Source: Octopus sinensis
Lineage: Eukaryota
Reading direction: 5' to 3'
DNA: 64,000 nt
Assembly (NCBI RefSeq): GCF_006345805.1
Contig: NC_043002.1
Coordinates: 47,430,001 to 47,494,000 of the forward strand
Numbering within the stretch: position 1 is the first letter of the stretch; each line of letters opens with the position of its first letter. This document shows, one piece after another, positions 26,277-39,770 of this stretch. The notes under the pieces were generated by a model. The model was not told the DNA's origin and did not search any database. It saw only the letters and a program-made list of their open reading frames with translations. The translations under genes were made by a program, and so were the position numbers.

Positions 26277-27862
26277 CGTATTTATCCTAGTCCTCCAGGC
26301 AATAACAGAGGAATTCAAGACAAGATGCCCCTGGGAGTGCCTCTATGCTGACGACCTTGCTCTAATTGCTGAGTCACTATCAGAACTAGAGGAGAAGTTT
26401 CAGGTGTGGAAAAAAGGATTAGAATCATTGAAGGGCCTTAGAGTTAACCTAGCTGAAACCAAAGTCCTAATAAGTAGAAAGGCAAGCAAACCACAAATCG
26501 CTTCAGGTAGATGGCTCTGCTTGATCTGTAGAAAAGGCGTAGGTTGAAACTCTATAAGATGTACCCAGTGTAAGCTATGGACACATAAGAGGTGCAGCAA
26601 TATCAAGGAAGGCTAACTGGAAGATAATTTTTCTATGTGGCAGATGCTCAGGAGGAATAAACACTGAAAATGTGTAGAGAACAACTTCTACCACATTCCT
26701 GGGAGAAAAACTAGAAGTAGTTGATAGCTTCCATTACCTAGATGACCAAGTCAGCAGCAGGGGAGGGTGCGCTAAAAGTGTTGCTGCTAGAATAAGAATA
26801 GCCTGGGCAAAGTTCAGAGCTCTTACCTCTGCTGGTGACAAAGGGCCTTTCACTCAGAGTAAAAGGTAGACTGTATGACACATGTGTACAAACAGCCATG
26901 CTACATGGCAGTGAAACATGGGCTGTGTCTGCTGAGGACATGCGTAACCTTGCAAGGAATGAAGCGAGTATGCTACGATGAATGTGTAATGTCAGAGTGC
27001 ATACTCGACAGAGTGTAAGTACCTTGAGAGAAAAGTTGGACCTAAGAAGCATCAGATGTGGTGTGCAAGAGAGACGACTGCACTGATATGGTGAGAATGG
27101 ATGAGGATAGCTGTGTGAAAAAGTGCCACACCCTAGCAGTTGAGGGAACCTGTGGAACAGGTCGACCCAGGAAAACCTGGGATGAGGTGGTGAAGCATGA
27201 CCTTCGAAAGTTAGGCCTCACTGAAGCAATGACTAGTGACTGAGGCCTTTGGAAATATGCTGTGCTTGAGAAGGCCCAGCAAGCCAAGTGAGACCATAAG
27301 CTCGTGGCCTATGCCAGGGGTGTAACCAGCCCACTTATGCATACCTTTCCTTCATTGGACACTAAACTCTGCTTGTGAAGGCCTGTTGAGGCAAGTGAAA
27401 TCGAAATCAATTTCGATGACTGGCATCCATGCTAGTGGAGCGCTAAGAGCACCATCTGAGCGTGATCGTTGCAAGAGCAGCTAACTGGCTTCCATGTTGG
27501 TGGCACGTAAAAAGCACCATTCAAGTGTGATCATTACCTGCATTGTCTTACTGGCACTTGTGCCGGTGGCACGTGAAAAAACATTCGAGCGAGGTTGTTG
27601 CCAGTGCTGCTGGACTGGCTCCTGTGCAGGTGGCATGTAAGAAACACCATTTTAGTGTGGCCGTTGCCCCTCATGCTGGTGGCACGTAAAAGCACCCATT
27701 ACACTCTTGGAGTGGTTGGCATTAGGAAGGGCATCCAGCAGTAGAAACTCTGCCAGGTCAGATTGAAGCTTGGTGCAGCCATCTGGCTCACCAGTCCTCA
27801 GTCAAATCGTTCAACCCATGGAAAGCGGATGTTAAATGATGATGATGAAGATGATGATGATA
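26272..27862 (+). mobile_element. 5'-truncated, frameshifted RTE LINE
   Basis: LYADD motif, PHD-like segment, GRPRKTW, repeat-array 3' UTR, (GAT)n tail. Confidence 0.9.
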
Positions 27863-28217
27863 TATATATAAATATATTGTATATATGTACGTGTGTATTT
27901 ATATCATCATCATCATTTAACATCTGCTCTCTATGTTGGTATGGGTTAGGTGGTTTGACTGTAGCTGATGCGCTAGAGAGAACACCAACCACTCCAGGAG
28001 TGTAATGAGAGCTTTTATGTGCCACTACGACTATGATTCACGGGTACCATGTACATGGTACCATCAATGACCTTGACTATGATGCACAAGTGTCATGTAC
28101 ATGGCACTGGCATATATATATATAAATATATATATATAAATAATATATAGATATATGCATATATACATACATATATGTACATACCTACATCTATATGTAT
28201 ATATACATGCATATATG

Positions 28218-28770
28218 TCAGGTCACTTTCATATGCTACTGGTAACATGTAACCCAGTACAACTTGTTGCATGGTCGGGTTGTTGGTGACTAAACCGGGA
28301 CCCCCACTGAGCTTGCTTGGTGAAGAGGGTGTTTATTGGACACCCTGCAGGATGAAAAACAAAACCTGTCAAAGGGCGGAGGAACTCTTGAGAGTCAACG
28401 GCCATCCAATAAATGTCTTAAGGCTGTCTCATGCGCGGGGACATAGAAATAATCGGACTGAATACCCGATCGCGCGGTTAAACCATTGGGAGTGCAGGAC
28501 TCCTAGCCTTTGTTAGGGCATCTTTCTCGGAGAAGGTAACTCAGGTAACTGGGATAACTCCGACATAAAACCTGCGGCTCAGTGGTTACTGATGATGTTG
28601 ACTTGTTCTTCTTTTCGTATTATGTTTGCTGTTGCTTAGTGAGTGGGATTGACTCAGTGCACAGCCTTTCCTCACTTTAAAAAAGATCTTGCACAGGCAT
28701 TGCACGATAACAACATTGATTAAGCTTCGCGTAATGGCCGTACTCGATAATGAAGGGGGAAGCCACCATG
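28218..28770 (+). mobile_element. Short non-autonomous retroelement sharing its 3' end with the zinc-finger LINE at 11520-12062
   Basis: aagcttcgcgtaatggccgtactcgataatgaagggggaagcca matches 12013-12056; it interrupts one arm of an inverted repeat. Confidence 0.6.
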
Positions 28771-29097
28771 TGTACAGGACATCAAAAATAAACACGTTGA
28801 ACACAATGAGAAAGAAAAACATAAAAACAAAAACATGGAAACAAACTTCTTTTTTCAAACAACGTAAAAACAGAGTACAAGACATACAACACAAAGAATA
28901 TTTCCCTTCTTCAGTTGTCCCTGTTTCATCTACTCCACGTTTCCAATGTTTTTTTTTTGATGTCCTGTACCCATATATGCATGTATATATACATATAGAT
29001 GTAGGTATGTACATATATGTATGTATATATGTATATATTTATATATTATTTATATTATTATATGATCGAATGCCACGCATCCTTTTCCAAGTGTGTG

Positions 29098-29131
<34 letters not shown>

Positions 29132-29477
29132 ATATATGTATGTATGTCTGTTTGTGTAAGACAGCTTAATATAACTTTAAGATACTTGTTACCCTTAAAT
29201 ACACTAAAAAAGACCTATAAATAAGTTGTTTGTCTTCTTCATATTGATAATTTAGGCATTATCGTGATATGTTCAACAAACATGGAAAGAAATATAAAAC
29301 AACAAAATAACAAACAAAATGGACGGAAAGAGAGAATATTATGAAATGAGAGTGGGACAAAGAGAAAGAATAAGCGAGAGCAAGAAAGAAAGGGAGAGAA
29401 TGAGAGAGGGGGAGAGAGAGGTGAGAGAGAGAAGGAGAGGATTATATATTTAGATTTATAAAAGAAAAGATGCATAC

Positions 29478-29603
29478 CATCTGGTTTAGTTGTTTTGAAC
29501 CACACAGCTATTGTCATTGTGTCTAATAAGTCACTTTCATTCAATGGAAGCTCTATGTATGAGGTACCATTAAATTCTGGGACATCTAACCGTTGAAGTA
29601 CTT
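29478..29603 (-). CDS. AGRN: Agrin exon: LamG2 start (VPEFNGTSYIELP...WFKTTKPD)
   Basis: ttttcag/gtatgc; 126 nt, phase 1-1. Confidence 0.93.
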
Positions 29604-29877
29604 CTGAAAATTTTAATTGAAAATACAATACATTTAAAGAAATCAATAGAAATAAAGTTAAATGGATAACAAAGAGATAAAGTAAATCATTTAGAATTAC
29701 AAAGACAATTGAAATAAATGGAATTAAAATTCAAAGAATTCAGGGAGGCAGAAAGGATGACAACACGATTATGAATAAGTTGTTTAGACCCCAAGTCAAT
29801 TCTAATCAAACAGACCTATATTCAAATACTTTCCAGCTCATTTTTATTTCATATATGTGTGTGTGTGTGTGTGTGTG

Positions 29878-29952
<75 letters not shown>

Positions 29953-31121
29953 ATATATATATATATTCTATTATCTTTTTACTTGTTTGACTGCAACCAT
30001 GCTGGATCATTGTCTTGAAGAACATTTGTTTTTATAGTCCCATAACTTTGGGTTTGGTAAAAAAAAAACTGATAGAATAATTACATAACTTAAAAAAACA
30101 TAAGTACTGGGGGTGATGTATTCAACCAAATTCTTCAAAATGGTATCCTAGCATGACTGCACTCCAATGACAGAAATAAGTACAAGAGAACAGAAATTAA
30201 AAGATAGGTTCTGTAGATTGAACAGGATAAAAAGAACTCTGCCACCGTAGCTCCATGAAGTTACAAAGTATATATATGTATATATTTATATATAGAATGC
30301 AGGCATGGGTTAAAAAGCTTGCCTCATAATCATGAGACCTTGAGTTCAATCCTTCTGTGTAGCAGATATCTTTTACCACTTTTCCACAGAAAATTGGTTG
30401 ACCTAAGTCATTTTGAGCAAGATTGGGTAGACAGAAACTGCACAAAGGCTGTTCAGGTAAACTTATAATTCAAAGATCCATCCTTGTTACACTATGTTAT
30501 GTTGAGTCTACTTGACAATTATGTCAAAAGTACATGTGTCTGTGGAATAATCAGCCACTAATTTAATGAGTAGTTTGTTGACATGCTCAAACAATGAAGC
30601 ACTCACATGTCATTATCAACAGGAATGTCTGTCATATATGTGTGCACTCATATAATATATTTATATATATATATAAGTTTATATCTAAAGAAATATTTAG
30701 CTGTAAATTGAGCTATTTATATATAGTCATAGGATCATGGTTTCGATTCCTAGACTGGGCACTGTGAGTGTTTATTGAGTGAAAACACCTAAAGCTCTAC
30801 GAGGCTCCGGTAGGGGGTGATGGCAAACCCTGCTGTACTGTCACCACAACTTTCTCTCACTGTTTCTTCCTGTTTCTGTTGTACCTGTATTTAAAAGGGC
30901 CAGCCTTGTCACACTCTGTGTCACACTGAATCTCCCCGAGAACTACGTTAAGGGTACACATGTCTGTGGATGTTCAGCCACTTGCACGTTAATTTCATGA
31001 GTAGGCTGTTCTGTTGATCCTTGATCATCATAACTGACAGAGTGGCACTATATATATATATATATATATAGTTGAAATTTATAGAAAAACAAAAAAAGAC
31101 AGGTGTATAAACAACAAGCAG

Positions 31122-31205
<84 letters not shown>

Positions 31206-31599
31206 CATGCAATTTACATGTAAAAAGGCATTTTTAGATGTTTTGAAAACTACTAAACTACTTGCTAAATTTGTTTAGAAAATAATCAAATTCATAATAT
31301 CTTCAACTTGCTTTATAATTATGTTCAGAGTAATTAAAACCGATGTGTAGTTTTGTCAATGTTTTACTCATATACTTAGTAAATATGAATAATGAATTAA
31401 GATTTGATCAATGTATTTACTTTCACTGAATGTATTTTTATATAAAATAAAATAAAATCCTTTGGGAGTGCAGTCATATGTTTAATGAATGAATTTTAAA
31501 ATGGAAATTCAATAACCAAATAAACGAGAAATCTAAAGAATTTTTTGAATTAGGAGAAAGAGTAGAGAGCTGACATTAAAGCTTCCATGACAAAGAACT

Positions 31600-31966
31600 T
31601 TAAGAAGTTCGATTTACAGCCATGTGGTTTTGGGTTCAATCCACTGTGCTGTACCATGAGCAGGTATCTTCTATTATAGCCCTGGGCTGACCAATGCCTC
31701 ATGAGTGAATTTGGTGGATGTAATCTGTGAGAAAGCCCATCATATATGTGTGTATATGTGTGTTTGTCTATAGCCCCTACTTCCTGACAAGTGATGCTGG
31801 TTTGTTTGCTTCCCTGTAACTTAGTGGTTTAGCAAAAGAGACTAACAGAATAAGAAGTAGATTTGAAAATAGGTGCTGGGGGTTGATTTATTCTGCTAAA
31901 ACCCTTTAATGCAGTGCCCCATCATTGCATTAATTCAATGTGACTGTAAACAAGTAAAAGATAAAG
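31600..31966 (+). mobile_element. SINE family A copy, old
   Basis: Degenerate similarity to the reverse complement of 3061-3468. Confidence 0.7.
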
Positions 31967-32258
31967 AATTAATATTACTTATTTAAAAGCTACTCCTAGA
32001 TGGAGAAATACAATGGTGCTTACAAACCATTTGTTTAGCTATATGCCCAGTCATTAATGACATCCATCCCTCTTCATAAACTAACTTTAGGGTTTCTTAA
32101 ATTTGACACTTTTATTACCTTATTAAGTTGTGCCTACAGTTTCACTGTGACTATTAGTTTGATCAAATCACTGCATCTGATGATTGACATTAAAGGTTGA
32201 ATGTCTTAATTGAATAGTGACAATAGTTGGATAGACTAAGAATTACACTTTATCATAC

Positions 32259-32390
32259 CTTCTTGGCAATTCCGTCCTTTTCTGTCTTCAGGACAAATAC
32301 ATACATATGACCCATGGTCTGTTGGGGTGCAGGTGCCACCACCTTGACATGGGTTATTTATGCACATATCTTCATTTTCACAGTACTTTC
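32259..32390 (-). CDS. AGRN: Agrin exon: EGF3 (KYCENEDMCINNPCQGGGTC...CICPEDRKGRNCQE)
   Basis: ttttcag/gtatga; 132 nt, phase 1-1. Confidence 0.94.
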
Positions 32391-32871
32391 CTGAAAAGTA
32401 ATGAAGTATAATTAATATTAGCATTTAATAAGGGTGCCAAGTGATGGCAAAATTGGTAGAGTAACAAAGTTAATGCCATGTGGTATTTAGTTATGTCTGT
32501 TTACATTCCAATTTCAAAGCCTACCAAGGTTAACTTTGCCTTTAGTTCTTCTGTGGGTCAAAAAAATAAGTACAAGTCAAGTACTGAGATCAGTTCAGTT
32601 AACTGTACTTTATATTTTTACCCTAGAAAATTAAAAGGATCATGCACATATTAGAATTCAACATATTTTATTAAAGAGAAATATCAATAAAGATTTGTAA
32701 AATCTTTCAAAAAGCTGTTATTAAGCACTTAGTGGTTTCAGTTTTAAAGTTTTGCAGCTGATTTGAGAAGAAAATTTAAGAGAGGTGAGGAAGCATAACA
32801 GGCAAAAATATCTATCATTATGATAAATGAACAACAGAAAACTGTTTGTGTTAAAAAGTAAAATATTTTAC

Positions 32872-32979
32872 CAATAAATCCTTCTTGACATATACATTGA
32901 ACCATCACATTATCCAACATCAAACAATTGCCTCCGTTTTTGCAAGGCATACTACTACAAGGATTATTCCCACATTCAG
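32872..32979 (-). CDS. AGRN: Agrin exon: EGF2 (ECGNNPCSSMPCKNGGNC...CICQEGFI)
   Basis: tttcag/gtaaaa; 108 nt, phase 1-1. Confidence 0.93.
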
Positions 32980-33534
32980 CTGAAAGAAATGAGAATGTTT
33001 TAGTGAGTTAGTACTTGTTAGTAATCACTATTAGTAGCATACAACAAATGATACAACTTGCTATCTATGTTAAATATAACAAGCGGGTGAGTTTGGGTTA
33101 GTAACCTATGTTGATGACATATAAGAAAGTGTATCTCCATTAGCAATATATTTTAATATAAGTGAGTCTTGGTTAGTAATCTATATTAATGCTGTATGAC
33201 AAGACAGTGTGTCATTGTTAGCAATCCAAGTTAATGCAACAAGTGAATTTAGTCAACAAATAGTTTGTAGGTTTTCATCTTCAAAGACATGCAAAATAAG
33301 AGATCTGTTATTTAAAAACAAGTGAAGGTTAGTGACAGGAAAAGTATCTGGGTTGTAAAAACAATTCCTTAATATAAAAAAGTACCAGTCAAAAATAGAA
33401 ATCAATTTAATTAACCACCAATCCATCCTCAAAAATTTCCTACAAATTATTTGTATTGTTACAGTAAAGGTGGAAAATAGACTAAAGTCATTAAAGCATC
33501 AGTGAGAATTGCATAATTGTTCTGACTCTCTCTA

Positions 33535-34470
33535 CTTCCATCCATCCATCCATCTATCCATCCATTTTCCGCACCCACTATACTTGGAAGGGCTGTGGAG
33601 GTAGAGTCCTCAGACATTCCCTCCATTGGGGCCTATCAGAAGCAACCATCATTAGATTTTCTGGCTGGATTTCCAAGCAAGACCAAATGAGACTATGGAT
33701 ATTATCCAACTGTCTTGTTCTTGGTCTACCTCTAGGTCGCCTGCTGATTGGCTTGCCTTGAAGAATCCATCTTGTGACACTCTCTCCTGTGACATTCTAA
33801 TCATATACCAGTAGTACCGGAGCTGTGACCCCTCAATATGGAAGAGAAGTAGCGTAACCTGGGGAGTCTTTCTGATCACCAAGATAAGCACCCAGTCAAG
33901 TAATATTACTCAAGATCTTTAGGTCTCTTTCAGCTGCTTCCATTTTCGATCATATGCTTTTCATTATTATCCAACATTTATGACCATTGGTGAGGATAGA
34001 CATAAAAACCCAATTTAAGATAGCAAATTTGGTTTCTCTTTGTTTTTGTTTTTTTGCCAAACTCTCCTCTTCTGATGATTGGGTGCTGCAGCTGGTGCAT
34101 TACTGTGCCAGGACCAGCAATTCTAGAATCCAATTCAGCCTCCTGCCTTCCACCACTTGTCAATATGGCCCAAGATACTTAAGCTTCTCTACTTGTCTCA
34201 GTGATGTTCCACTAACATGCAGAGTGTACTGGGAAGACTTTCTAGAGAGGGCTAATGTCTCAATCTTTGCAATACTAATTCTCATACCTGCCTTGCAGCT
34301 CTTGACAGCAGATCCCTCATGATCATATTCTGATGAACCAAGTAACACCATGTTGTCTGAAAATATCAGCCAACTGATCCTATTTCCACTGATTGTGATA
34401 TCACTCCCACAGTGACGACCCAGTTCGTAAAATTTATGAAAAGGGGAAGTGACAATATGCACCCTTGCCT
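33535..34470 (-). mobile_element. Degraded RTE LINE of a second family with (GATG)n tail
   Basis: Fragments LIFSDNMVLL..GMRISIAKIE..QVEKLKYLG (RT domains 5-7); tccatccatcc tail. Confidence 0.7.
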
Positions 34471-34618
34471 TTATACTTTGAGTTCAAATTCTGTTAATGA
34501 CAACTTTCCTTTTTATCTTATACAGAAGGATTAAACTCAAGGCCTCATGCTTATGAAGCAAACTTTTTAACCATTCATCCATGCCTGCATTCTATATATA
34601 AATATATATAAATATATG

Positions 34619-34673
<55 letters not shown>

Positions 34674-35316
34674 ATAAGTGTAGAAATTGATATTAATCAA
34701 TTAAAACCAGTAGCGTAGCATATTTTAAAAAAATTCGAAGATTAAAAATTTTATACATACAAGATTAGAGGAATGACCACTAATAGTGGACAGCCTGTAT
34801 GCTAGAAATAGACCTCAAACTTGCCATTTACCATGGCGAGTTTGACATCTATTTCTAGCATACAGGCTGTCCACTATTAGTGGTCATTCCTCTAATTTTG
34901 TATGTGTGTATATATATACTTTGTAACTTTGTAGAGCTAAGGTGGCAGAAGTTTTCTCGTGCTTCCAATAAATATCAAGAGCAAAAGCACACTGAATAAC
35001 TAGCTGGAGGAAATATCTTCTTGGGGTTAAAATAGAAGTATCATCAGTTCTTAGAGATCACCCACATTAAAGTGGTAATAAACACTACTTTTTGGTTCAG
35101 ATACTGCTTCTGTCTGAAACATCCTTTTCATCCAAGGTAGAGGACTGCTGGAATTGTTAGAGCATCTACATCTGTTCCAGTGTTTTACACTTTGAGTTAA
35201 AAATACCACCACCTATCACCAGTCTCCTCATAGTAGTATACAAGTAACAGTGACTTGAGCAACTTCTCAGTTGTATTGAAGCAAGATAAAGAGTGAATCT
35301 TGTATCAAATATGATA

Positions 35317-36179
35317 TGAAATGGTATCAAAAAGATCTCAGACTAGTTCAATAGTGTGCCAACTGATGGCAGCACATTGCTGTGTGCACAGTGAGAGCTA
35401 GCAGTGACCTTCATGAGACAGTTTGCTGAGCGACATTACTGTGTTCACTTTGCATGTTGTGAAATTTGTGTTTTTGTGATCACATGTATGCTGTAGTCTG
35501 TTATTTTTTGTCATGAACAGGAAGAAAGAACCACAGTGAAAATTTGTATTAAACTTGGGATGTCTGCTACAGAGACATTGAGCATGCTTTGGCAAGCGAT
35601 GAGGCAAAGGGTTGTATGCAATGTTTTGAGTGGCATGGGTGCTTCAGAAGTGGAAGAACGTCCTTAGAAGATGAGGAGCACTCTGGAATACCTGCCACAA
35701 GTGTCACCCCTGGAAATATGGCATTGTGCATCAAGAATTTGCCCCAGGTGCAGACTGTCAATCAAGAGTTCTACTGCAACGTTTTGAGGGAGGACTGGAT
35801 CCGTGGAGCATGAAGAATTGGTTTCATCACAATGACAATGCACCCTGTTCACCAAACTCTCCTCGGTTGTGAGTTTCTTGCCAAAAACAACATGGTATCA
35901 CTTCTGCACCTGCCTTATTTGCCAGATTTAGCACCTGTGTTTTTTCATCTCCTCCAAGAGGAAAATGCAGCTCAAAGGTCATCCAGAGCGAATCAGAGAA
36001 GGTCCTCAACCTACTTACAAAAATTACTTCTAGGCTGGATTCAAAAAGTGGCAGGCACACTTAGACAGGTATATTGCTGCACAAGGTGTCTATCTCAAAG
36101 GAGACGATGTTAAAATTTAAGGAAATAAGTTATTTTTTATTAAACATAACTAGCTCTGAAACTTTTTGATACCACCTTG
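35317..36179 (+). mobile_element. Internally deleted mariner
   Basis: TA-flanked degenerate TIRs (tggtatcaaaaag / ctttttgatacca); fragments EDEEHSGIP and HLPYLPDLAP. Confidence 0.75.
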
Positions 36180-36384
36180 TAAATGGTAGAACATGGCTGT
36201 ATAATTAAAATGTTTGCTTCATGACCCCACTATTGTCAGTGACATGAAAAAGCACCTAGTATATTCTATAAATTGATTGGCATCCAACCATATAAATCAT
36301 GTCAAAGCATGTACTGGAGATTGATAGTCTTCTGATCAGTGAGATCCTGTCAAGCCATCCAATCCAAGCTAGCATGGAAGAAAG

Positions 36385-36616
36385 ATGTTAAATGATAATG
36401 TTGATGATGATGATGAGGAGGAGGAGGAGGACGATGACAATGACAATGATAACGATGATGATGATGATGATGCAAGTGATGATGATGATGAGGAGGAGGA
36501 GGAATACGACGACGACGATGACAACAATGACGATGTTGATGATGATGATGATGCAAGTGATGACAATGACGACGATGATGGTGATGATGATGATGATGCA
36601 AGTGATGATGATGATA
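36385..36616. repeat. (GAT/GAC/GAG)n trinucleotide low-complexity tract
   Basis: Expanded tail of an old RTE-type 3' end. Confidence 0.9.
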
Positions 36617-37344
36617 AAGTTGCAAGCCATTGCAAGGCCAGATTAAATTTTTTTTTTTTTCATTTCTGAGAAAGTATTAAATACTAAAGTTTTTAGCAAA
36701 AGTTTAATTTGAAATTTGTAGCAATGTGTTCAACACAGCAATCATTTTTGACTGTTGCTGCACACTCCTATATTCCCTGTCACATTCACTTATACTAACT
36801 GCGTAACCAATGTCATCACTATCTGCATTGTATTCTGTGTTTATGCCGTTGTTGCTATTACCCCCAACTCTACATCAGCATCATTGCCACCCCTATCATT
36901 GTCATCATCATCATCATCATCAATATCATCATTATATATCTATGCTGTTACTAACACAAACTGTCCCCACCCCACCCCTACCATCACTGCTGCCGCAACC
37001 ACAACTATCACCATCATGATCATGATCATCAAATTACCCATGGATTTTGATGAAACTTTTGTTGTAACCATCCAAGCGTTCTTCCTGACAATAGCACAAA
37101 CCTTCACCATAGACACAACAGCAACTGTTGCCATGATCACAACCAGTGCAAACCATCTTGCCTTAAAATCACTGCTGTGCTTTTTAGAGCAGCAGGTGTT
37201 TTGAAACACACACACACACAATCATCCACTAACACATACATCTTAGCACAGGCATCAGGATAACTGTTGCTATAATCAAAAACTCATTGTTACTGATATC
37301 ACTCACTATTTTAAATGTCTGCTATAGCAACAGTTTCCATTTCC

Positions 37345-37488
37345 ATCACCACTGCCACCGCTGCCAACACCGCCACCACCTCCGCCACCGCCACCGCCAC
37401 CACCTCCACCACCGCTACCGCCACCACCTCCACCACCGCCACCGCCACCACCTCCACCACCGCCACCGCCTCCACCACCACCACCACT
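37345..37488. repeat. (ACC/GCC)n tract
   Basis: Directly visible. Confidence 0.9.
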
Positions 37489-37959
37489 GTTCTCACTGTT
37501 GCTTACTACCCCTAACTACCCCTGCTATCTACTTCATCACAATACTTGTCATCTACAGCCAACCAGATATTGTCAGCAAAATAATAATCTGATTAATAAA
37601 AGCACAAGTTGCAGTCTATACCAGGTCAGCCACTATTTGAACAAACCTATAATCAATGACAATCTAGCCATGACCAACCTATCTTTCCCGAAATAATTTA
37701 TCTCATTCTACACACACTACAGGCACAAATATGGCTGTGTGGTTAGAAGTTTACTTCACAATCATGTGGTTTTTTAGGTTCAGTCCCACAATGCAGTGCC
37801 TTGCACAAGTATATCCTACTATAGCACCAGACGAACCAAAGTATTTGCCTTGTAAGGGAATTTGGTAGATGGCAACTGTGTTGAAGCCCACTGTATGTAC
37901 ATATACTGAGGAGATGTGAAGGCTTGAAAGGAATGAAACCAGCATCACCTGCCTGATGG

Positions 37960-38528
37960 GTAATGTCAGTGAGCATCTACAACAAAGTGTAAGAGATTTG
38001 AGAGAAAAAGTGGGTATGCTGGGCATGAGATGGAGTGCACATGTATGGTCATATGATGCATATGGATGAGAATAACTGCATCAGGAAGTGCCAATCTCTA
38101 AGGAACTTCTGAAGCTGGGCCTCACAGAGGAGATGACAAGGGACTAACACTTATGACAGTTTGCTGTGCTTGAGAAGACATAAAATCATGGCCATCCATA
38201 CACCTAGGCATGTCCTCTCTATCCTTCTCTCAGCTGAAGTGATCCTATGCTCGAGGGCTTGTAAGTGCTGGGGCCATGTAAAAGCACCCATGCTGATGCT
38301 ACATAAAAGTGCCTGTGCTGGTTCCACATAAAAACACTTATGCTAGTGTCACATTAAAGGGCCCATGTCAGTGCCTTGTTAAAAGCACTAGAAACCCCAC
38401 CAAACAGACATAGAGGCTGTGCAGCTCTTCAGCTTTCCAGCTCCTATCGAACTGTCCAACCCATAGCAGCGTGGAGAACATGTTTGATGATGATGATGAT
38501 GATAATGAGGATGATGGTGATGATGATG
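37960..38528 (+). mobile_element. Old RTE 3' remnant
   Basis: Degenerate match to the RT C-terminus, repeat units and (GAT)n tail. Confidence 0.65.
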
Positions 38529-38930
38529 GTGTGTGTGTGTGTGTTTGGGTGTGTGTAGGCATTTGTGTTTGATTTTCACTACTTGGCCACCAGTGTCATT
38601 TGTTTATGCCTCCAAAACACAGCAGTCTGGCTAAAAGAGACTGACAGGGTAAATAGCAAGCTAAAAATAAGTTGATTTGTACAATAAAATCCTTAAAGGC
38701 AGTGCTCCAGTATGACCTCAGTCTGATGACTAAAACAAGTAAATGATAAAAGAATGAAAGAATATTATTCAATGTATCATTCCATTTCTATTAGATTTAT
38801 TTTTTGTTTGATTTTTGAAGGATTTGATTTGCAAGATTTCACTGTTATTTATAACAGATCAAGCACCCTCATAAAGGCTTCCCTACCCTGTTAGCTGCTG
38901 AGGGTTTAAATTGATGCAGAAGCTACAAAC

Positions 38931-39070
38931 CTATATCTACTCCATCAATAACATCGCTGAGTTCATCAGGATATGCCAGTCGGTAGGTGTAAGGGCTCTG
39001 TCGTTTTCCAGCAATTACCTTCCGAATGCAGCCAACTAGACCAACTTCGACATCAATGCGACTTTTAACC
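38931..39070 (-). CDS. AGRN: Agrin exon: LamG1 end (VKSRIDVEVGLVGCIRKV...DVIDGVDI)
   Basis: catacag/gtttgt; 140 nt, phase 2-1; LamG GxxGCI motif; not in the ORF track. Confidence 0.9.
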
Positions 39071-39480
39071 CTGTATGGAAAGGTTTATAAAGAGAAATTA
39101 AATATGATAGCAATAAGAGAAAAACGTTTAGCAGCAAAAAATACAACTTTAATTCTAAAATACATTCATGATACCAAACAAAAAAAAATGAACCAAAGTG
39201 TAATGTAAGTGAATTTCTGGGTATGTGGCTGTTGTTGATGTTGTTTAGCGTACAGTACAATCAAGATTGAGAAGACCTATGATTGAAAGTATTAAAACAA
39301 ATTCATCACATCTTTTTTTCTTTTCACAATTATGGTTACGTGGTTAAAGTAGTTTGCTTCCGAATGGCATAATTTCAGGTTCAGTCTCACTGCAACATGG
39401 TCAAATTATTTCTACTTATAGCCCCAGACCAACCAAAGCATTGTGAGTGGGTTAGTTGATGGAAACTAAAAGAAAACTGT

Positions 39481-39483
<3 letters not shown>

Positions 39484-39530
<47 letters not shown>

Positions 39531-39548
39531 TAGATAGATAGATATATG

Positions 39549-39604
<56 letters not shown>

Positions 39605-39738
39605 AATATATATATATATATATATAATATATGTAAATATATATATATATATTATATATATATATATGTAAATATATATATATTATATATATATATATGT
39701 ATATGTAAATATATATATATATATATATGTAATATATA

Positions 39739-39770
<32 letters not shown>
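39484..39770. repeat. Long interrupted (TA)n microsatellite (one of many)
   Basis: Directly visible. Confidence 0.95.

Noticed and set aside
36350-37592. Poly-Asp/His/Ser/Thr ORFs
   Set aside because: Translations of trinucleotide tracts, open in several frames, with no splice context.
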